From the NCBI RefSeq assembly GCF_006345805.1, contig NC_043005.1, positions 81,220,001 through 81,284,000 of the forward strand: 64,000 nt of DNA, read 5' to 3'. Source of the stretch: Octopus sinensis. Taxonomy: Eukaryota. Shown piece after piece: positions 52,901-64,000 of the stretch (position 1 is the first letter of the stretch; the number at the start of each line of letters is the position of its first letter). Both the position numbers and the translations under genes were made by a program. A model generated the notes under the pieces. That model made no database searches. It was given only the letters and a program-made list of their open reading frames with translations, and was not told the DNA's origin.

Positions 52901-53000
52901 ACTGTACATCACCGAACGTTACCTCAGCACATACTAAGTAGTCAAACTGTCCCACAAAAGAAACTGTAAGCCACGTGCAGAGACAGTTAAATATGACCCT

Positions 53001-53292
53001 GTTTATTCTTTCTCGAGCCGCGCCTGGCTCATAAGGGCCGGTTTCCTTGGCATATAGGTTCCCCACCTGGATGGGAAACCGGTCCGTCGCAGGTGAGCTT
53101 GCAAGATGCAGGAGGAAAGAGTAAGGGAAACTTGTGGCGAAAGTGTCAGAAGTTCGCCATTACCTTCTGCCGAAGCTGCCTGGAGCTTAGGTGTTTCACT
53201 CATAAACACACACATCCCTCGGTCTGAGATTCGAACCCGCGATCCCTCGACCGCGAGTCCGCTGCTCTAACCACTAGGCCATGTGCCTCCAC
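53001..53292 (-). mobile_element. SINE family C with tail type 2
   Basis: Head GTGGAGGCACATGGCCTAGTGGTTAG; tail CTGCGACGGACCGG..CCAGGTGGGGAACC..CTCGAGAAAG. Confidence 0.9.
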
Positions 53293-53920
53293 TGACGCCT
53301 GTGTTCCTTCCCAAATATTCGTGTGTAATTTACGGGTATGAGTGTCTTGGACAATTCACTATTTTGCGGGTACTCTCTTTAACAAAGACGGTTATAATGC
53401 TAAATGCACTCTCAATCTGAAGATCTCAATTAACTTGTCAGATAATGATATCTACACATCTCTCTCATATCGACCAAATAGACCTCCATATTTTGGACAA
53501 CACACAGGCATTTAACTATCTTCCTTTTACGCAAAACTCTTTCACTTCTTAAAGGCAGGCACACACGTTGTGTATGTAATACCTTCATGTATCAGTTCTC
53601 TCAATAAAATGAGTCTCATCTAAGCATTTTACTGTTCGAATATACTCTTGCACACAATATTACGTAGTCGTTCAGTAAATTTTTGTTTGATAAAGAACAT
53701 GCTTGTCTAGTATTCATTTCATCATTGATTACGTGTGTTATATGATAGATAGTAAAGTCAGTATTTCAGTTTATATTTTCTGCCACGTATTTCTTCAATG
53801 AGTTCTTTGATATTTGGAAAAAATAACGTTTTAGTAAATGTTTCACTTTGATGTGAATTCTCTGTGAAGGGTGAATCCTGCAAAGAAACAGGTTGTTTTA
53901 CTCAACAATACAGATTTTAA

Positions 53921-53970
<50 letters not shown>

Positions 53971-54026
53971 CAGCACATAGATACGTATGTATCTGTAATA
54001 CGCGGCCATATGTATATGAATAAATA

Positions 54027-54265
54027 ATTTATAAGGCGGCGAGCTGGCAGAAACGGTAGCACGCCGGGCGAAATGCGTAGCTGTATTTCGTCTGCCGTTA
54101 CGTTCTGAGTTCAAATTCCGCCGAGGTTGACTTTGCCTTTCATCCTTTCGGGGTCGACAAATTAAGTACCAGTTACGCACTGGGGTCGATGGAATCGACT
54201 TAATCGCTTTGTCTGTCCTTGTTTGTCCCCTCTGTGTTTAGCCCCTTGTGGGTAGTAAAGAAATA
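54027..54265 (+). mobile_element. SINE family A1 with a 14-bp TSD
   Basis: TSD TATATGAATAAATA at 54013-54026 and 54266-54279. Confidence 0.93.
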
Positions 54266-54847
54266 TATATGAATAAATATTCAAACTAACTTGAAGATCA
54301 CGATTTTACAAGTTATTCATTGTATGGCCTCTCGAAAACATATATGAGAGAAGAGGAAAGCAAGAGTTTACATCGGAGACTTGCTGTCAAATAATATCAA
54401 TGAAATAAAATATAATCAAATTGTTTCTAAGATATCAAAGTCTGATGAGATTACTTAACCCGACAAATCTGCCTCTAGACAGACAGACATAAACAAACAA
54501 CGACAACATAAAAACAAATACTTGAATCAATCATCATGTTATTACAATCACGTCAGATAAGATCTTCAGAGACTATTTACAAGAACAATGCAATGAGAGT
54601 TTGTATGACAAATAAGTGGCTGGACATTGCAGTACATAGGTAGACATAGCATACTGAATTTAGTACATATTCCCGTTTAGGGAGTAGAATTCAGAAAACT
54701 AGGGAGCTGGAATAGATAAGCATTTTGCTCAATGACTCAGCAGAAACTTAGGAATAACAAGAAAAACAGCAAAATATACATCAACTCCACTACTGCTACT
54801 GCTACTACTACTACTACTACTACTAATAATAATAATAATAATAATGG

Positions 54848-57330
54848 TTTACTAAGAAGCTGTGCACTGAACCAAAGTGTGGTTCTCTATCGTGCACGAA
54901 CGAAGAATTAGACGCTCATATCAAATAAACCTACAGCGATCCGCACCGTAACCAGCCACTGCCACCTCTACAAGGGCTAAATCATCTCTCAGAACTTGGT
55001 TTCGAATTCCAGATTGGAGCTATCCGGGAGAGAGAGGTGAATGATTTCGTAAGAAAAGCTAGAGCAAAGTGTGCCCCGGGAGGTAATGGCGTCTCATGAA
55101 GTTTAAAAATATTGCAATCGTCTGCGAAATAAGATCTTCGTCCTACTCCGACAGCTGTGGTGCGAAGAGACTCTGGTAGAGGATTGGTGTGAGGCAGAAG
55201 GTATATACCTGCCGAAGGAGATCAATGCAGAGACTATAATACTGTTAAGGCCGAGATACTTATTGAATGTGGAAGGCAAGATCTTTATGGGATTTCTTTC
55301 GAAGAGAACAGTGACATATTTACAGAATAGCGAATATGTTGATGAATCTGTTAAAAAAACCGGGATCTCTGGATGCGTTGAACATTGTTTTTCGATTTGG
55401 AAAGCGATCCAGGATGCCAAACAGAACAAGAGAAATCTGAACGTGGTATCGCTTGACATAGCTAACGCAAATGGCTCAATGCCACAAAGATTACTGATAA
55501 GAGTCATGGACCACTTCCACATTCCAGACAAAGTGAACAAAATAATGAGGTAATATGACAGTTTCGAAATGAGGTTTACAGCTGGAGAGCTTACAACAGA
55601 TTGGCACCGATTGGAGATTGGCATTGCTGCTGGCTATACAATATGTCACGTGGTTTATCTTAGTCATGGAGCTGATTTTGAAAGCTGTGGATTTTTCGGA
55701 ACAAATTACCCATGTACAATCGTCTAAGAAAGCCTTCATGGATGACATGACACTTCTAGCTACAGATAAAAATCATGCAGAATGCCCTCTTGTGGCTAGA
55801 CGAACTTGTAAGGTGGTCAAGGATGCGCTTTAGAGCAAATAAGTCGCGTGGTCTGACATTTGTTATGGGAGTGCAGAAAGAATTTCAGTTTCGAATAGAT
55901 GACGAAAGCATATCAACAGTCAAAGAAGAACCCGTAAAGAGCTTGGGGCGAGTATACGCTGGAACATTGCGAAACAGAAGTTGCGGGATGGAAATTATGA
56001 AACGAGCCGAGGCTGGATTATCAGCGATTAATAACTCGAAGTTACCAGGGTATTAGAAAACAGCAGTAGAGGAAACGTTCAAAACATAGTTTTTACTGAT
56101 AAAAGTAATCTGATAGCAGAACACAGTCTCTAATAAGCCACAGGAATTGAACAGTGATAGCTTGATTGATGGCAAACATACAGATGGTTTGGAAGAAGGC
56201 AATAAAACTAATGGTGACATAACAGATGGGCAAAAGGAAGTATACGTCATAATATAGGCAAGGCTACAGGAGAACAATAGCGACATTATTTGCAAACTTA
56301 AAATTTGATGCTTGCAGTTCGGCTCCTACGCGCGAGTTCGTGGCCACTTTTAGTATATGAGTTCAGATCATTGAACAAAGATGTAATGTATTCATTAGCA
56401 AGGGGCTAGGCCTACCTCGGATGTTGAACAGTGCAGCTATTTATCGTAAAAGGGGTTCGTTGCAGCCACCACTAGCGTGAATAGTCGAAAAAATGTAAAC
56501 TAGGGATGATACGGACAGTGATGATGCTGAGAGAATTGAAGGACATGGAAATCAGCCGTAACCCACCAGAGGTGAAAACAACCAGGAAGTGGAGAGCAGA
56601 AGCAGAAACTGACGACATCTTCTCTTCTCTTATACACAGAGATATGGTTAATGCAACGCAAAACCATCGGAAAAGACATAGTTTTGGCGCAGATCAGTTC
56701 AGACCGTTTTCGAGTATGATGCAGAGCGAACGCAGATTTGTTGTTAGACAGCATCAAAACGAGAGAAGTAGAGAGAAGTAGAGAGAAGAGAGCTTCATTT
56801 GATCCGATGTATTCAACAAGGATAGGTGACGAGATGGGAAGAACATGTTGTTGATAGGAAAATAAGTTGGGATGAGATATGGAAGTGGACCACATCTCGG
56901 CTAAGTTTTCTGATTCGTTCATCCTATGATGTTTTGCCATCACCTACGAATCTAGTAAGATGGAACGCCTCAGAGAATGGTATGTGCAAATGCGGAAAGG
57001 TCGGAACACTGAAATATATTCTTTCCAACTATTTATTAGAATTGAACAGGTATACATGGAGACACAACTTGGTCCTTAAGGTTATCTTCAGTGCTTTATA
57101 GCATCTCAACAACACTGAGAAAAAACCGTTGGAAGTACCAACAAGAACTCTCGTTACCTTTCTGCGCTCAAGTAAGCAGATCCGTTTCAAAAAGAAGAAC
57201 AAAAGTCTTCCGTTGAGAGACGAAAAGTGGAACGGCTATTGGGAGATCACTGCAGATTTACCTGGTTGCCAGGGATTCTTTCCCATCCCAGTTACGAAAA
57301 GAAACCGGACATTTTGATGTGGTGTGAAAG
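54848..57330 (+). pseudogene. HERO/NeSL-like LINE (RT, CCHC, start of restriction-like endonuclease), decayed and interrupted
   Basis: VRKARAKCAPGGNGV, LLNVEGKIF, GISGCVEH, LDIANANGSMP, AFMDDMTL, EEPVKSLGRVY, RLSFLIRSSYDVLPSPTNL..W, CKCG..GTLKYILS..RYTWRHNLVL, KPDILMW. Confidence 0.85.
56050..56296 (+). pseudogene. R4/Dong-like 5' fragment inserted in the HERO element; paralog of 57435-57705
   Basis: TATTAGAAAACAGCAGTAGAGGAAACG begins both copies; the HERO reading SKLPG..KI*CLQF resumes after it. Confidence 0.8.
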
Positions 57331-58340
57331 ACGATTGTTTCAACTCACAGAACAAAGATTATGTGATCAAGCTAGAGTAATAAGAAAAATCCTTGGTTCA
57401 CAGAAGTAGAGCTCAAAGTTATCAAAAGACAGGTATTAGAAAACAGCAGTAGAGGAAACGATGAAAACACATTACTTACTGATAAATGTAATCTCATAGC
57501 AGAAAACAGAGGTGAGATCTCTTAATAAACCACAGGAAAGGAAGAGTGTTAGCTTGATCGATGGCAGACATACAGATGGTTTGGAAGTAGGTAATAAAAC
57601 CAATGGTGATCTTACAGATGAGCAAAAGGCAATCTACGTTATAATACAGACAAGGATACAGGAGAACAATAGCGAAATTATTTGCGAATTTAAAAAGGTT
57701 GGTCGGAAAGCATCGAAAAAAGGCAATACGGTTACAAGCCGATATCCTACTTGCCACTTATGTGGAAATTGTTGATTGGAATAGCCGTAGTGTCAATGTG
57801 CTGATATCTGGAAAACATGGAGTCCTGCTACATGAGCAGAAGGGTTGCAAGCGTAAGTGCAGAGATACCAAGGATCAACTAGTGGTAGACAAAACTGTAC
57901 TTAGAGACTGCAAGGGAGGAAAATTAACTTAGCCATGTCATGGATCGATTATCGTAAGGCGTACGATATGATCCTACATTCTTGGATTATGGAATGTATG
58001 AGCCTATTTGGTATTACATCGATTGCTTGGAAAAAGTGAGGTGAAGTAGAAGACGGAACTGACAGCATATGGAAGAAGTTTAGGGACAATAGAAATCAGC
58101 AGAAGCATCTTCCAAGGGTTCTACCTGTCCCTACTGAGTTATGTACTGTACATGGTAACTCTAAAACTGATTCTGAGGAAAGCAAAGGCTGGGTATTTAT
58201 TCAAAAGCCGCTATCAAAAAGTCAACCACTTGCTATTCATTGATGACCTCAAACTTTATGGTAAAGTTGAATCCCAAGTCAGTTCCTTCGTTGATACGGT
58301 GTATAATTTCAGTGCTGATAACAGACTGACAATGAAATCA
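57330..58340 (+). pseudogene. R4/Dong-clade LINE, N-terminal and RT fragments with internal deletions
   Basis: TEQRLCDQARVIRK, EQKGCKRKCRDTKDQL, LAMSWIDYRKAYDM, SIFQG..LS, NHLLFIDDLKLYGK. Confidence 0.85.
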
Positions 58341-58584
58341 AGCTAAAATGTGCAGATCTACTTCTCCAGGCGTGAAATCTAAACCTCTCTAATTTATAGA
58401 GATACCGACTCGCTAAAACAAAATATGGCAAGGAATCGGTAGGAAAAACCACCAAAATCAAATGAGGGCAAAATTGAAATAAACCGGATGAAGGGCATGA
58501 AAATCAAGAGAGTACCAATAATAATTTTCGCACAAGTATAAATGTATTTCTGTCGTTAATGAAGATAAGGGTTCCATTTTATCC

Positions 58585-58830
58585 GATCAACGGAACAGCC
58601 TGGTCATGAAATTAATATGTGTGTGTGTGTGGCTGGGATCTCCACAGACTTAACGTAGATCACAGGGAGATCCAGTGTCACACAGAGTAATACAAGACTA
58701 GACCTTTACATTACGCATACTATTCATTTTTGGCAGCTGAGTGAACTGGAACAACGTGACAAAGTATGTTACTTAAAGACCCAAAGTGACCACCAGGAAT
58801 CGAACTAATGACCCTACGAACGTAAACCGT
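58585..58830 (-). mobile_element. Degenerate tRNA-SINE
   Basis: CAGCTGAGTGAACTGGAACAACGTG and CAGGAATCGAAC (reverse B box). Confidence 0.6.
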
Positions 58831-59616
58831 CTCATAGCGTCACAAAATGTACGAAAGATAGCTAATCTATTCACAGCTTACATCCTACGCAAGAAGTATT
58901 TATTTCCCTAAGGTAGCTTAAGTAGTATACAACCTGTGTACATTACATTACTTATACATTAAAATCCAATGCAATGTCAGGGCTCACGCAACATATACGA
59001 AATCTGGCCATAAATATTTAACTCAGCACGAACAACATATAGTATACTCAATCAGCGCCTAATAAGATAATACAACGAGCGCTATTGCATACACAATCTC
59101 AGAATAAGTCGCTAATATACTTTAAAATTTTACAGTTATCGCTCAGTAATATGATACAACCCACCATTCATATTTTCAGCATGAGCGCTGATATAATTAT
59201 GCAATAATAATGGCAATACATAACACAATATATGCAAATATTCATTCGTAACATAAATAGTAATGAAGAAAATTGTGGTATTCACAGTCTATAAGCAACA
59301 CAAAACACACAAGCTGAAAAAGCGACATTGGAAACAACAAAGATACATAGCAAGCCAAAATTTATGCAGTTTACAAATGCACATCTTCAAAGACATTTTA
59401 GGGCACAACTGAGGAACATGGGGAAAATAAAATAATGAGGTGCTGCTTGCTATTTCCACGCCTGCTGTCGCCGCTTCGTGCCACCGTCGTTGCTGTACTA
59501 GTTGCTACCTTTGCTGCCGAAGTTACCGTTGCTGCTGTTGCTGCCAATCGCTGCTGCTGCCGAAGCCGGTGTCATTGTTCCCGCCGCGGCTCTCACCGCA
59601 GCAGCTTCTGTTGCTG

Positions 59617-59988
59617 TTTGTTTGTTTGTTGAGTGAAGCGGTTTTCTCAGTAGTGGGAGAAGTACGAAACGTGGTCCTTTGCTATTCGTAAGACCCGCAG
59701 AAGAGAAAGCAGGTCAACCCGCAACACCGAGAGCAGCGATGGTTGGATGAATGCGCATCCAGGTTTGGCGGTTGCGTAGGAAGTCGGGGAGTAGAAGCAG
59801 GAAGCAAGAGTGAGAGAAAGTTGGAGCGAAAGAGTAGAACAAGGGTCACCACCCACCCCCTGCCGGAGCATCGTGGATCTGCAGGTGTTTTCGCTCAATA
59901 AACACACACAACGCCCGGTCTGGGAATCGAAACCGTGATCCTCCGAACGCGAGTCCGCTGCCCTAACAACTGGGCTATTGCGCTCCGC
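59617..59988 (-). mobile_element. SINE family C with tail type 3, ending in (CAAA)n
   Basis: Head and body as at 2620-2865; tail unrelated to types 1 and 2. Confidence 0.85.
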
Positions 59989-60945
59989 TGTTGCTGTTGT
60001 TACTGTTAATGGTGATAATAATGACGATAACGACGACAACGATGTTCATGACTACGATGATGATGAAGTTGTGTCACAATAATATTACTTTATAAAAATT
60101 ACGAAGAAATTTGTTGAAATGTTGCAAATTACGTATAGACCCAATTGTCCCCGAATCGTATTTAAAATTCATATTCTAATTATGCTTTCCCGTTTTTGAT
60201 TTTATCTAATTAAATGTAGTGCCATTGATCATCCGTGTCGTTCACTTAATTAAGTAATTATTGAATCGCAATGGAAATATTAGAAATTCTTCAGTTAAGT
60301 TAAAAACCTGCACAATTATAACGCCAGCGGGAATTTACGAAATTAATTTCGGTTGTGTTATCAAATAATAGATGTTGGCAAAAATTTTACAGATATACTT
60401 CATTAGTAAATCACGACAATTCAGATCATTTTATGATATATGACTGTAACAAGTGTTCGCTTTGAAGACGACCGAGTGTTTAAATTTCAGACATTCATAT
60501 GTTGTATTTCCATTTTTCTTTGCTCGTTCGAAAACCTAATTATGAACTACCAGGTTAAAATACAGCTACCTATAGTACGATAGGCTGTACTGTTTATTGC
60601 ATGAACAACAATATGACCTAATATCGCAATTTCAAATAATGAGCAATCATCTCATTATATAACAACATGTTAGCTGTGCCCTATAAGTGAACCATTAGTT
60701 TCATATGTTTGATATAAATTATCAATCCGCAAAAATTCTAATTTTCTAAAACAGTAGATCTCGTAAGAAAGTGAGAGATGTGCTAGAGTTTGTTTCCCAC
60801 ACCGGAGTTAAAGTTTTGATCAATAGTTCTCATTTATTCCTTTTGGTATTTCCCGTTCTACAAAAATATTTTTAATTTCAATGGTTTACGTGAATTGATT
60901 AACGTTTTTAACTCTAACATAAATGCGTTAATTTAACGTGGGTAA

Positions 60946-61141
60946 GGCGGCGAGCTGGCAGAGTCGTTGGCACGCGGGGCAAAATATATCGTAGTATTTC
61001 ATGTGTGTTCAAATTCTACCGAGGTCGACTTCGCCTTTCATTCTTTCAGGATGGATAAAATATGTGCAAGTTGAGCACTGAGATGGATGCTATCGACTTA
61101 CACCCCTCACCACCACCGAAATTGCTGGCCTTGTGCCGAAA
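60946..61141 (+). mobile_element. SINE family A2
   Basis: GGCGGCGAGCTGGCAGAG head; possible TSD CGTGGGTA at 60937-44 and 61154-61. Confidence 0.85.
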
Positions 61142-61204
61142 TAATTATTTTATCGTGGGTAGCATATTTTTGTAATTAATCGGAGTACGTTATATTGTTA
61201 AAAC

Positions 61205-61445
61205 TTTTCTACTCTAGGCACAAGGCCCGACATTTTTGTCTTGATATACTAATGAAGTATATTTGTAAAACTTTTGGAAAGGGAGCCAGTCAATTAGATC
61301 GACTCCAGTACGCAGCTCATACTTAATTTATCGACTGCGGAAAGATGAAAAGCAAAGTGGACCTCGGCGGAATATGAACTCAGATTGTAAAGCGTCGAAA
61401 AAAATGCTGCAAAGCAATTTTGTCGATAATCTAACAATTCTGACA
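61205..61445 (-). mobile_element. SINE family A2, inverted relative to the 60946 copy
   Basis: TTTTCTACTCTAGGCACAAGGCCCG tail and GTGGACCTCGGCGGAAT central motif. Confidence 0.85.
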
Positions 61446-62874
61446 GTAGTGTGTATACGTTCTGCACTCCTAACACTTTCCCAAGAAAATTTGGCTCATC
61501 TATTCCTTAAGGCGATCGCAGGGAACAAGTTTCTTTACTATTTATGAGCAATGAAACGTTTCTAACGCTTAATACTTCGCAAGATAGATTCCCTAGCAAA
61601 TTTGGTAGCTATTACGGAAGACTATAAGAATAAGATATATTGAATTGTATAGATTTATGACGAATGAAATGCTTGCAATACATTCAAAATTTTGGGAGCT
61701 GATAATTACATTTTATTTTCATTTCTCCGTTTTATTTCTATTCACGAAGCTAAACAGTTTCAGTTAAACAGTTGCAGGAATTTTCAATTTCTCACAGAAT
61801 ATTATATAAGAATCAAATTATTTCCATATCACGGATACTTCTGCTGCCAAATAGCCGTAAACATTTTGAGCTTTTGAATTAGTATTTCCACAACACAGGC
61901 AATCTGCCAATCTTAATGAATACTTCAAATGAAGTAATTTCATGAGATCGTTTTATACGAAATAATAATTACAACATATTCTGAATCTGTTTATTTACAT
62001 TTCTCTCACTTAAAGATTTCCGTTTTCTTCCCATGCGATATTTACTTCAACTTAATTGATTTCAGCTTTACAAAAGGGCAACAGCATTTAAAACTATTTA
62101 CTATGAATTTGAAACAAGAATTATAAATATAACTAGTAAAAACATTAATTAATATTAAATATTTAATTTTAGCGAATCATATGACGCATGTTGAAAAGAC
62201 ATACAAAAATATATATAAAGCATTTTCTGTAAAAATACAAGAGGATAATGAAAATGTTTTCATATATTGAATTTCATTCACTTTGATTGTGTTGTTGCGG
62301 TTAAACAATCTAAGTGGTACAGGCGCATTCCGTTGTTGTTTGACACCAGTCTTGCTCTAACCGAGTTTTTGCTTTAAGGTTATCCATATGTGACCATTCC
62401 GTTCTGTTCTTATCTGCTGGTAAACTGGCAATATATTATTCAATGTGTCGTTTATGAAGACTGAAGTAGTGTGGTTTTAGGGGCATTTGAATACTGTTTC
62501 CTGAAGATACATGAGTATGCAGTCTCCGCTGTTTGTTGTCTCGGATATTTCTGGTCCACGATTGGTAGTGCTGGAGATTTTTCATTTCCCAACAGGCTAA
62601 ATTGACGTAAATTTCATTGAAATGATCACAAAAGGTTTTTCAAGAAGCCCTGTAAATTTCCTGCTATCGATACTCTGTCGTAGACCTGACTAGTACTCTA
62701 CAAAGCCTAGGCGTTATTCACTATAGAGAATTTCTCTATGGAAGGCTTCTACAGTACACTCACAACATCTAATTGCTTCATCTAAAGGTACACACAAACC
62801 ATCTCTAGTCTCTAGATTTCAGGTTCACTGTCTTCTCATACCACCTTTTCTATCTACTATAATAACATCTAGTA

Positions 62875-63177
62875 TTGTGGAGACACATGGCCTAGTGGTT
62901 AGAACGATGGACTTGCGGTAGAGGGATCGCGGGTTCGAATCTCAGACCCGGCGATGTGTGTGTTTATGAGCGAAACACCTAAGATCCACGCCGCTCTGGC
63001 AGAAGGTAATGGTGAACTTCTGCTGACTCTTTCGCCACAACTTTCTCTCACTCTATCCTCCTGAATCTTGCAGCTCACCTGCGACGGACCGGCTTCCCGT
63101 CCAGGTGGGGAACCTCTACGCCAAAGAAACCGGGAAACCGGTCCATTGAGCCAGGCGTGGCTCGAGAAGGAACAAAC
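62875..63177 (+). mobile_element. SINE family C with tail type 2
   Basis: Colinear with 53001-53292; probable TSD ATAATAACAT at 62859-68 and 63178-87. Confidence 0.9.
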
Positions 63178-64000
63178 ATAATAACATTTACATTAATAGT
63201 AACAATATTTCTGTCTACCTTGCCCTGAAGAGTCCATGTGCTTTATTATTTTCTACAAACCCAACGAGTATAACAAGTGATGCTTTCCACAACCTAATCC
63301 TAGATACTTTAAGTATAAGAGAAAAAGACCTTGGAAACGTGACTGGCATTTCTTTGACCATAGGTCATTTATTGTTCATCAGAGGTGACCTCCGATAAGG
63401 AAGGATCTTAACAATAACCTTGCTTGTTATCTTTCTTGTATTGGGTGATGTTTACAAGTTGTGCATGAGAGGGAGATCTTGGCTACATCGTTTCTTTCAA
63501 ATCTTCTGCTTTTCTTCGCATGAAAGTTTTTACGTTGCTTATGGAAATATTTTATAAATTATGTACAGCAAAAAGTATTGCATTCCACAGACACAGAAGT
63601 TTTCTCGTTTTCTACTTTATCTATGCATTTATTTGAAAAGTTGTATTTGTGTGTTTTTGATGTTTCTCTATTTCTTTATTTTCTTCATTTAAGATCCTGT
63701 GAGGATTATATTCCAGACTTAGAAATATGCCAACTGAGAAATATTCTAAGATGACTTCAAAGAATTTTACTTAAATACAAGGAAGCACAAGACAGAAAAA
63801 CTAGAAAGGTGGAAAATGGGATCTATCAAATATCTTACTTTGAAGCCTTGCACAAAATCTCTCTTCCTAGCTGAAGATTGTAAAAGTAAATATGCTTTTC
63901 TTTTTGTTATTAGCTGATTTTCTAAGATTCTTTTTCTTTTGCATTCACAATTATTTTATTTTGTTTTATTTTTTTACTTTCTTTGACATTTTAGTTTTTA

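Noticed and set aside
59435-59632. Cys/Ala/Gln-rich ORFs
   Set aside because: Cryptic GCT/GTT trinucleotide low complexity.
60130-60420. TAAT-rich, enhancer-like unique sequence (similar patch at 25950-26120)
   Set aside because: Not distinguishable from AT-rich background without conservation data.
62300-62610. Possible LINE 3' end on the minus strand
   Set aside because: Too decayed to assign by eye.

Overview
AT-rich, repeat-saturated eukaryotic DNA, most likely non-coding or intronic octopus (coleoid cephalopod) sequence; this is inferred from the SINE families, microsatellite load and LINE mix, not from a database search. No intact host protein-coding gene, rRNA, true tRNA or CRISPR array is visible, and most entries in the ORF track are microsatellite artefacts. 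The window holds: about 30 tRNA-derived SINE copies in three modular families (called A, B and C here); a near-intact 5'-truncated L1/Tx1-clade LINE ORF2 (28.06-30.55 kb); decayed R4/Dong-, HERO-, RTE-, CR1- and Penelope-like fragments; a complete but dead mariner; a Mutator-like palindromic MITE; and two near-identical tandem duplications. Most notable observations: (1) a head-to-tail chain of RT-less, ORF1-only Tx1-like elements (46.9-50.5 kb) whose 3' tail is colinear with the tail of SINE family A, suggesting a shared non-autonomous retrotransposition system; (2) a degenerate hammerhead ribozyme at a Penelope-like end; (3) a ~190-bp multi-hairpin element; (4) a nested foldback structure; (5) a possible terminal exon with long 3'UTR; (6) a possible decayed C2H2 zinc-finger relic. 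All alignments and translations were done by eye; boundaries are approximate unless a target-site duplication (TSD) defines them.
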